Below are positions 15,540 through 22,035 of a stretch of 32,000 bases of DNA, piece after piece; position 1 is the first letter of the stretch, and the number at the start of each line of letters is the position of its first letter. The stretch comes from Mycobacterium tuberculosis H37Rv. GTDB lineage: Bacteria > Actinomycetota > Actinomycetes > Mycobacteriales > Mycobacteriaceae. The notes beneath the pieces were generated by a model, which saw only the letters and a program-made list of their open reading frames with translations, made no database searches and had not been told where the DNA came from. The translations under genes were made by a program, and so were the position numbers. The stretch lies in assembly GCF_000195955.2 (NCBI RefSeq), contig NC_000962.3, forward strand, positions 4,080,001 to 4,112,000, read 5' to 3'.

Positions 15540-16142
15540 TCATACCAGGCCAAACTGCAAGACATCACCGGCCAGCCCGACTACTAGCGGGACAATGCCC
15601 ACACACAGAAACGCCGGTAAGAAGCACAGTCCCAGCGGGCCGGCGATCAGCACACCGGCCCGCTCGGCGGCCGCCGCGGCCGCCTGTGCGGCGTCGTGCC
15701 GAACCTGGACGGCCAGTTCGACAATGCCATCGGCGAGCGCCGCGCCCGAAGCCGCCGAACGCCGTGCCAACCGCAGTACCGCATCGGTCTGCGCATCGTG
15801 GGTGCCCGGCGGCAAATCCGGCGGCCTCGACCAGGCGATGTTGGGGTCGGCACCCAATGCCAGCAGGTCGGCGGCCCGGCGCAACACGCGCGCCAGCCGC
15901 GGCGGCGCGACCGCAGCGGTGGCGGCCGCGGCCGTCGACACCGCCATCCCCGCAGCCAGACACACGGCCAGCACGTCAAGGCTGGCTGCGACGGCTAGCG
16001 GGTCCGCGACATCCGTCCGCCCTAGCAGCAGCCCCTGGTGTGGCCGATGCGCGCGGGGCGGCCTCCCGGCTCGCGCCCGTACCACCGACGGGCCGGCACC
16101 GAGCCACAACGCCATGGCCAGCAACACCGCCGCCGCACTCAC
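15540..16142 (-). CDS. TadC-like inner-membrane platform protein (T2SS-F/GspF family)
   Basis: It has a hydrophobic N-terminus, a central soluble region and a C-terminal pair of TM helices (AGVLIAGPLGLCFLPAFLCVGIVPLVVGL). GTG 16142-16140 overlaps the upstream TGA (GTGA), which suggests coupling. The alternative ATG at 16115 gives 191 aa. Confidence 0.75.
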   Translation of the reverse strand: MSAAAVLLAMALWLGAGPSVVRARAGRPPRAHRPHQGLLLGRTDVADPLAVAASLDVLAVCLAAGMAVSTAAAATAAVAPPRLARVLRRAADLLALGADPNIAWSRPPDLPPGTHDAQTDAVLRLARRSAASGAALADGIVELAVQVRHDAAQAAAAAAERAGVLIAGPLGLCFLPAFLCVGIVPLVVGLAGDVLQFGLV

Positions 16143-16939
16143 AACACTGGCCGATCGGTGATCCGGTCCGACCACAGCAGCCCGGCGCAGGCCAGTGTCA
16201 GCCCGACCACCAGCAGCCATCCGCCCACGCGTCCCGTCAGCAGAAAGCTCAGCGGCCGGGCGCCGATCAGTTGACCAAGCAGCACCCCGAGCAGCGGCAG
16301 GATTGCCAATATGGCCGCACTGGCCCGGGCACCGGCCATCCCCGCTGACACCCGCGCGGAGAACCGTTGCCGCTCAGCGACATCACGTTGGGCGGCACGC
16401 ATCAAACTGGCTATCGCCAAGCCGTGATCACTGCCCAGTTGCCAGCAGACCGCGAGCCGCTCCCAGTACGCGGGCAGCGCCGAGGATCGGGCCGCAGCGA
16501 GCAGGCCAGCCGTGACGTCGGCACCCAATCGTGCCCGCGCCGCGACCGCGCGCAAGGCAACGGCAACCGGGCCGCCGGTCTCGTCGGCCGCGATGCTGAA
16601 TGCGCGGACTGGATGGGCGCCCGCGCGCAGTTCACCCACCACCAGCTCAAGCGCGGCCTCCAGCGCCTGCCCCTCGCGGCTGCGGCGCAGGTAGCGGCGA
16701 CGCCGGCGGTAGCGCAGGCCGAGTGTTGCGCCCAGCACCGCGACAGCCACAACGGTCGGTAACGGTAGCAAGGCTGCCACACCAACCGCGACACAGCCAA
16801 CACCCCAGGCAACCCGCCGGGCGCCGACCAGAAGCACCCGCCGGCCGGTGTCGTCTGGAGTAAGGCGGCACCGCGGCGACCCGGGCAACACCACGAGCGC
16901 AAGCGACAAAATCAGGGCAGCGGACGCTATACCGCTCAT
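16139..16939 (-). CDS. TadB-like inner-membrane platform protein (T2SS-F family)
   Basis: 266 aa. N-terminal TM helices are followed by an Arg-rich loop (YRRRRRYLRRSREGQALEAALELVVGELRAG) and then the T2SS-F-type segment ...ASLMRAAQRDVAERQRFSARVSAGMAGARASAAILAILPLLGVLLG. Its start overlaps the ATPase stop by 4 nt. Confidence 0.8.
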   Translation of the reverse strand: MSGIASAALILSLALVVLPGSPRCRLTPDDTGRRVLLVGARRVAWGVGCVAVGVAALLPLPTVVAVAVLGATLGLRYRRRRRYLRRSREGQALEAALELVVGELRAGAHPVRAFSIAADETGGPVAVALRAVAARARLGADVTAGLLAAARSSALPAYWERLAVCWQLGSDHGLAIASLMRAAQRDVAERQRFSARVSAGMAGARASAAILAILPLLGVLLGQLIGARPLSFLLTGRVGGWLLVVGLTLACAGLLWSDRITDRPVL

Positions 16940-18099
16940 GCCGATGCCCGGCTTCTCAGCAAATCGTGCAGGGCGGCCGCGTCGTCACTCATCCCACGGT
17001 CCGCGTGCCACACCGTCACCGCCTGGACCCGCCCTTCAGCTTGGCGCAGCACGGCGATCTCGGCGAGCCGGCGACGGCCTGCCCGATCGCGCGCGACGTG
17101 CAGCAGGACTTGGACTGCCGCGGCGAGCTGGCTGTGCAGAGCAGCGCGGTCAAGGCCGCCGAGCGCCCCCAACGCTTCCATGCGTGCAGGGACCTCACCC
17201 GGGTTGTTGGCGTGTACGGTGCCCGCGCCGCCCTCGTGACCGGTATTGAGCGCCGCCAACAGATCCACCACCTCGGCTCCCCTAACCTCACCGACCACGA
17301 TGCGGTCGGGCCGCATCCGCAGCGCCTGTCGGACGAGTTGACGCACGGTTACCTCACCGATTCCTTCGACGTTCGCACGCCGCGCAACCAGCTTGACCAG
17401 ATGTGGATGCCGAGGGGCCAGCTCGGCGGCATCCTCGACGCACACGATCCGCTCATCGGGCGACACGGCGCCCAACATCGCTGCCAGCAACGTTGTCTTC
17501 CCGGCACCGGTTCCGCCGCACACGAGGAATGCCAGCCGGGCGGTGACGATGTCGGCGACCAGCGCGGCGGCCGCGGGGTCGATCGCGCCCGCCGCAGCCA
17601 ACGCGGCCAGATCCTGAGTCGCGGGACGCAACACCCGCAACGACAAGCAAGTGCCCTGGGTCGCCACGGGCGGCAACACCGCATGCAGCCGCACCGCGAA
17701 CCCTCCGACGCCGATCCCGGTTAGTTGACCGTCCACCCAGGGTTGCGCGTCGTCGAGCCGACGGCCGGCCGCCAAAGCCAGCCGTTGTGCCAACCTTCGC
17801 ACCGCTGACTCGTCAGCAAACCGAATCTGGCTGCGTCGCAATCCGTTTCCGTCGTCCACCCACACCGAGTCGGGCGCGGTGACCAGAACGTCGGTGGTGC
17901 CGTCTGCGGATAGCAGCGGTTCGAGGATGCCAGCGCCGGTCAGTTCTGTCTGCAGCACACGAAGATTCGCCAGCACTTCGGTGTCGCCGAGCATCCCCCC
18001 GGACTCGGCCCGGATCGCGGCGGCCACCACACTGGGCCGCAGCGGGCCGGATTCGGATGCCAGCCGTTCGCGGACGCGTTCGATCAGGGAGCCGGTCAT
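16936..18099 (-). CDS. CpaF/TadA-type secretion ATPase (VirB11/GspE superfamily)
   Basis: Walker A GGTGAGKTTLL, Asp box RIVCVEDAAEL, Walker B RPDRIVVGEVRGAEV, His box LNTGHEGGAGTVHAN. ATG 18099-18097 overlaps the upstream TGA (ATGA). An internal ATG at 17994 would give 352 aa. Confidence 0.9.
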   Translation of the reverse strand: MTGSLIERVRERLASESGPLRPSVVAAAIRAESGGMLGDTEVLANLRVLQTELTGAGILEPLLSADGTTDVLVTAPDSVWVDDGNGLRRSQIRFADESAVRRLAQRLALAAGRRLDDAQPWVDGQLTGIGVGGFAVRLHAVLPPVATQGTCLSLRVLRPATQDLAALAAAGAIDPAAAALVADIVTARLAFLVCGGTGAGKTTLLAAMLGAVSPDERIVCVEDAAELAPRHPHLVKLVARRANVEGIGEVTVRQLVRQALRMRPDRIVVGEVRGAEVVDLLAALNTGHEGGAGTVHANNPGEVPARMEALGALGGLDRAALHSQLAAAVQVLLHVARDRAGRRRLAEIAVLRQAEGRVQAVTVWHADRGMSDDAAALHDLLRSRASA

Positions 18100-19148
18100 G
18101 CCGCCCTACCGTGTCGCCCTGACCCAGCACGTGGCAGCACACCAAGTACCCGTCGGGCAGCCGATGCCAGCACCGATCGCCGTCGCAGTCGAAGACCCCC
18201 GTGTTCCAGCTGTTCGGCTAGCCGCGGCTGGGCCCTCATGGATGCCAGTAGCGGCACCCCGGCGACGTCCGCGACCTCTGCCGCCCGCAATCCCCCCGGG
18301 GAGGGCCCCCGCACCACCAGACCCAGGTTGGGGTTGATCGCGGTCAGCACAGGCGCCATCGTCGCGGCGGCCGCACATGCCCGCACATCGCATGGGCTGA
18401 CCAGGACGACGAGATCGGCGGCATCCAGCGCTGCTTGGGTGGCATCGGTCAGACGACGTGGAAGATCGCAGACCACGGTGACTCCCCCACGTCGGCCGGC
18501 GTCGATCACGGCGTCCACCGGCCCGGCGTCTAACTCGTAGCCGCGCCGAGTTCCCGAGAGCACGCTGATCCCCCGCGGTCGCGGCAATGCCGCACGCACC
18601 GCCGACCAATTCAGCCGTCCACCCTGTAGCGCCAGGTCGGGCCAACGCAGACCGGGGGCGGTTTCGCCGCCCACCAGAAGATCGATGCCGCCGGCCCACG
18701 GATCGAGATCGACCAACAGCGCATCAGCGGCGGCCTGCGCCAGGGCAACCGCAAACAACGATGCCCCAGCGCCACCGCGACCCCCGATGACCGCGACCAC
18801 CGCCCCGCAGATCCCGTCATCGCGTGCCGATTCAGCAGCTTCGGCGAGCTCGCGGACCAGTTCACCCTCCTGCTCGGGCATCCTCAGCACGTGCTGGGCC
18901 CCGACGGTTATGGCAGCCGCCCAGGTCGCCGTCGCGGCTTCGGTTCCGGTCAACACGCTGACGTGGGTGCGCCGGGGTAGCGCGAGCCGCCCACACCGGT
19001 CCGCCGCCGCGTGGTCGAGCACCACAGCCGCCGCCGCCGACCACGTCTTTCTGCTCACCGGATGGCGGCCGCCGAGATGAACAACGCGAACCCCGACGGC
19101 TGCGGCGACTCGGTCCAGCTCGTCGCGCAACCCCGGATCGGTCAGCAT
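18096..19148 (-). CDS. ssd: CpaE/MinD-like protein with N-terminal receiver-like domain and degenerate P-loop
   Basis: Start ATG 19148 (MLTDPGLRDELDRVAAAVG...), 350 aa. The ParA/MinD-fold region is AVVAVIGGRGGAGASLFAVALA...LLVDLDPWAGGIDLL...VVCDLPR...ADLVVLVSPCDVRA. The gene symbol is recalled from the literature on the septum-site-determining protein. The 733-aa track ORF is a 5' over-extension. Confidence 0.85.
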   Translation of the reverse strand: MLTDPGLRDELDRVAAAVGVRVVHLGGRHPVSRKTWSAAAAVVLDHAAADRCGRLALPRRTHVSVLTGTEAATATWAAAITVGAQHVLRMPEQEGELVRELAEAAESARDDGICGAVVAVIGGRGGAGASLFAVALAQAAADALLVDLDPWAGGIDLLVGGETAPGLRWPDLALQGGRLNWSAVRAALPRPRGISVLSGTRRGYELDAGPVDAVIDAGRRGGVTVVCDLPRRLTDATQAALDAADLVVLVSPCDVRACAAAATMAPVLTAINPNLGLVVRGPSPGGLRAAEVADVAGVPLLASMRAQPRLAEQLEHGGLRLRRRSVLASAARRVLGVLPRAGSGRHGRAA

Positions 19149-19382
19149 CGCCAACACGCCCGAGCCCACCGGGTGGCTACCAGACGGGCCACCAGGGCCT
19201 GAGAAGACTGTCACCCACCCACCGTGCGGGGTCCATGGTGTGGGACACCAGTCCCAAAGGCGCAATTGGGGACAGACGTGCAACTGTGCACAAACGCCCC
19301 TGAGGGGGTCCGGGCAACACGATTCCCGCAACGCCCAGAAAGCTGGGCTAAGCACCGGGCTGACGACGTTTGCGTGGCTGCC

Positions 19383-19478
19383 AAAAGGGACGACCCCCGC
19401 CAGGGGGGGAGGAGGCGAGGGTCGTCGTGCATCAGCCCCGGGGGGTCGGACTGATACACCCTCGGCTATGGCCGAGTA
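19383..19478 (-). ncRNA. Small RNA (~95 nt) with its own promoter and intrinsic terminator; I believe it corresponds to the sRNA reported as MTS2822 / ncRv13660c
   Basis: A minus-strand -10 TATAGT (19490-19485) predicts a TSS near 19478. Hairpin 1 is CUCGGC-caua-GCCGAG (19476-19461). The middle stem is AUCAG...CUGAU (19454-19431). The terminator has a 13-bp stem GACGACCCUCGCC/GGCGGGGGUCGUC (one U-G pair), a 12-nt loop UCCUCCCCCCCU and the tail CCUUUUGG ending ~19383. There is no credible ORF. The name is from memory. Confidence 0.65.
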
Positions 19479-19484
19479 ATGCTT

Positions 19485-19490
19485 ACTATA
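19485..19490 (-). promoter_or_regulatory. -10 hexamer TATAGT for the sRNA / tad-operon leader
   Basis: The minus strand reads TTGCGTgactgcgcactgtcatgtgTATAGTaagc. It matches TANNNT. The possible -35 TTGCGT lies at a long 19-nt spacing. Confidence 0.5.
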
Positions 19491-19634
19491 CACATGACAG
19501 TGCGCAGTCACGCAAGTACCGGACGCAATGGAAAGCACAGCTTGAGCCGTGTAAATGCTCTTGACTTCTCGACAACATCGGTAGTCAATTGACCTGTTCG
19601 GGAACAAGGTCGCCGGCCGGTCCAACTGCCGACC

Positions 19635-19640
19635 TATGCT
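19635..19640 (+). promoter_or_regulatory. -10 hexamer TATGCT, 6 nt upstream of the GTG at 19647 (leaderless candidate)
   Basis: gaccTATGCTgggtcgGTGacc. It matches TANNNT, and there is no SD sequence. Confidence 0.4.
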
Positions 19641-19646
19641 GGGTCG

Positions 19647-20510
19647 GTGACCGTCTCCGACTCGCCCGCCCAGCGGCAAACCCCACCGCAAACACCGGGA
19701 GGCACCGCTCCGCGAGCCCGCACCGCGGCCTTTTTCGACCTGGACAAGACCATCATTGCCAAGTCCAGCACACTGGCGTTCAGCAAACCTTTCTTCGCTC
19801 AGGGACTGCTCAACCGCCGCGCCGTGCTGAAGTCCAGCTACGCGCAGTTCATCTTTCTGCTGTCCGGTGCTGACCATGACCAGATGGACCGGATGCGCAC
19901 CCACCTGACCAACATGTGCGCCGGTTGGGACGTAGCCCAGGTGCGGTCGATAGTCAACGAAACCCTGCACGACATCGTGACCCCACTGGTGTTCGCCGAG
20001 GCCGCGGACCTCATCGCCGCCCACAAGCTGTGCGGCCGCGACGTCGTGGTGGTCTCGGCTTCGGGCGAGGAGATCGTCGGCCCGATCGCCCGCGCGCTGG
20101 GCGCGACCCATGCGATGGCGACCCGGATGATCGTCGAGGACGGCAAGTACACAGGCGAGGTCGCGTTCTACTGCTACGGCGAAGGTAAGGCGCAAGCCAT
20201 CCGTGAGCTGGCTGCCAGTGAGGGCTACCCGCTGGAACACTGCTACGCGTACTCCGACTCGATCACCGATCTGCCGATGCTTGAGGCGGTTGGGCATGCC
20301 TCGGTGGTCAACCCTGATCGCGGCTTACGAAAGGAAGCCAGCGTGCGCGGTTGGCCCGTGTTGTCGTTCTCTCGGCCGGTGTCGCTGCGCGACCGGATCC
20401 CGGCACCGTCAGCCGCGGCGATCGCCACGACTGCGGCGGTGGGTATCAGCGCCCTAGCCGCCGGCGCGGTCACCTACGCGCTACTACGCCGCTTCGCGTT
20501 TCAGCCCTAG
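19647..20510 (+). CDS. HAD-superfamily (SerB-like) phosphatase with C-terminal membrane anchor
   Basis: Motif I FFDLDKTII (DxDxT), motif II VVVVSASG, motif III GEGKAQAI...YSDSITDLPMLEAVGHASVVNPD. The C-terminal hydrophobic segment is AAAIATTAAVGISALAAGAVTYALL. Confidence 0.85.
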   Translation: MTVSDSPAQRQTPPQTPGGTAPRARTAAFFDLDKTIIAKSSTLAFSKPFFAQGLLNRRAVLKSSYAQFIFLLSGADHDQMDRMRTHLTNMCAGWDVAQVRSIVNETLHDIVTPLVFAEAADLIAAHKLCGRDVVVVSASGEEIVGPIARALGATHAMATRMIVEDGKYTGEVAFYCYGEGKAQAIRELAASEGYPLEHCYAYSDSITDLPMLEAVGHASVVNPDRGLRKEASVRGWPVLSFSRPVSLRDRIPAPSAAAIATTAAVGISALAAGAVTYALLRRFAFQP

Positions 20511-20668
20511 CGACGATGCGGGCCACACAGTGGCCCGAGGAGGAACGGGGCCACGAAGCAGGCCGCCGGATCGCGCCCGAGCGGGCGGGCAGCAAACGTC
20601 TAGCCCACGCAATCCAAAGCCGCTTCGTAACTTTCGCAGAATTGGGCCTTGCTGTGTTAAAGGTCTAG

Positions 20669-20988
20669 TAGTACAAAGGAACCACGGAAGCCCGGTGAGG
20701 CCAAGGCTCGATCCAGAAGAGAAGGTTCGGTCTCCCGACCCGGGCGCCCAGCATGGTTCCCGGCACCCACGCGGAGTCATAGCCACGATAACGGCAGAAG
20801 TGTTGCGGGTCTGCGTAATTGCGAACAGCAGATGGCATCGACGGCCCTTTGGGTGGGGCTACAGCTAGAAGCGTCGCAAGATCGCCGAGGCCACCCACGC
20901 AACCCCAGGAGTGCACGCTTGGTAACCGAGAACCGTGTTGGTGGGCGGCGATTCGAGTTCTTCGGGTCGCCGCCTGCTTTTTGTTTTC
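20669..20988 (+). ncRNA. ~320-nt abundant non-coding RNA locus (MTS2823 / ncRv13661, Ms1-type 6S-like RNA); the 5' end is approximate
   Basis: This is a 750-bp gap between convergent genes with locally lower GC and no ORF of recognisable family. A strong intrinsic terminator sits at 20943-20988. I recall that an RNA of this size maps between the HAD gene and the next gene on the + strand. The 5' end (~20669-20680) comes from memory and from the AT-rich segment TGTTAAAGGTCTAGTAGTAC, not from a clean promoter match. Confidence 0.65.
20943..20988 (+). terminator. Intrinsic terminator of the long ncRNA
   Basis: GGGCGGCGA-ttcgagttcttcggg-TCGCCGCC followed by TGCTTTTTGTTTT. It has a GC-rich stem and a 5T + 4T tail, which is rare in this genome. 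Confidence 0.75.
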
Positions 20989-21264
20989 TGGATCAAGTAT
21001 TACGGCCATTCGAGGCCCGCCGGTTAGCCGCTCGGCTATCTAGGCGCGTAATTCAGTGACCGTTTGGCCGGGCTGTCTCGCGGCTGTGCCAGATCACAGC
21101 GGCGAAGTGCCGCAGCCGTGACCCGCTCGGGGTAGCCGGGCTGTTTGAGCAACCAGACACGCCGAACGTGCAACCACGGCGGCTCCACCCGGCGGGGCGT
21201 GTCCCCGCCACCAATGCACGTTCGGCGCAGCCGGCGCACCCTCGGCGCGGAGTTTAGGAACTAC

Positions 21265-22035
21265 TCATCCAGGTGACAACGACTCGGCAATCGACAAAGC
21301 CTCCCGCGCGCCGTCGAGCATCGCGCCGCAACACAGCAACAGCCAGCCCGCCACCCCATCAGGTGTGCCCCCGGCGAACCTGCGGGCAGCGTCGTGGTAT
21401 TCGGCGGGTTGGCGCATCCAAATCACTTCGGGAACACCCAGCCCGTGCGGATCCAGTCCGGTGGCGATTGTCACCAGCCGCGACACCGCGCGGGCCACCA
21501 CACCGTCGGCACAGCCAAACGGCCTCAGCGTCAAGAGCTCCCCGTGTGCGACCGCAGCAACCACCGGCGCCGATGCCAGGGTGGGGTGGGTTACCACATC
21601 CGCGAGCAACTCCAAACGCGGGCCAACGTCGGCATCGGACCGCGGACGCCCAAGCCGATCGTCATCGACCTGGTCGGCGGCCGCCAGCATGTGTAGGCGG
21701 GCCAGCGCCTGCAACGGTGCCCGCCGCCACACCCCGACCACCGGACCCGCGCCGCCTTCCAGCGCCTGCCCCACCCGAAGCGCTCCCGCGAACACCGGAT
21801 CGCTGAGCGCCGGCTTGCCCGAGGTGGGCGCCCCCGCGTCGTGCAGCCGCGCAGGACCACCGTCGAGCACCGAGGAGGCCCGCGCCGCCCGCAACGAGGC
21901 CTCGGCGGCGGCCACCGGCCAGCCCCGCAGGTTGGCCCGGTGCCGGTGCACGCGGCTCAGCGCGTCGCGCACCCGGTCGCTGGCCGCAGCAACGCCCGGG
22001 AGCTCCATTAGCGGAGCCAGCGGGTCGACCGTCAC
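21265..22035 (-). CDS. Conserved hypothetical protein; Fic-fold-like with degenerate active site (inference)
   Basis: 256 aa. GTG 22035-22033 overlaps the dppD TGA (GTGA). By eye, AEASLRAARASSVLDGG resembles the Fic inhibitory motif (S/T)xxxE(G/N), LARLHMLAAAD resembles the lH..l helix, and AAVAHGELLTLRPFGCADGVVARAVSRLVTIATGL sits where H..f..IHPFxDGNGRxxR..l..L...G would be. His is replaced by Arg and the GNGR loop is lost. Confidence 0.7.
   Translation of the reverse strand: MTVDPLAPLMELPGVAAASDRVRDALSRVHRHRANLRGWPVAAAEASLRAARASSVLDGGPARLHDAGAPTSGKPALSDPVFAGALRVGQALEGGAGPVVGVWRRAPLQALARLHMLAAADQVDDDRLGRPRSDADVGPRLELLADVVTHPTLASAPVVAAVAHGELLTLRPFGCADGVVARAVSRLVTIATGLDPHGLGVPEVIWMRQPAEYHDAARRFAGGTPDGVAGWLLLCCGAMLDGAREALSIAESLSPG

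Noticed and set aside
19561-19590. TTGACT ... TAGTCA as the promoter of the HAD gene
   Set aside because: The hexamer lacks the terminal T of TANNNT and lies ~60 nt from the start, while a better TATGCT sits 6 nt from the GTG. It could still be a second promoter, but the sequence alone does not support it.
19149-20297. 383-codon N-terminal extension of the CpaE-like ORF (733 aa in the track)
   Set aside because: It would run through the sRNA promoter/terminator, the AT-richer divergent region and antisense through the HAD gene. Family similarity begins at ATG 19148.
20484-21239. Several 67-114-aa ORFs on both strands in the gap after the HAD gene
   Set aside because: None has a recognisable family, an SD/start context or coding-like composition. 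The region ends in a strong terminator and fits a non-coding RNA better.
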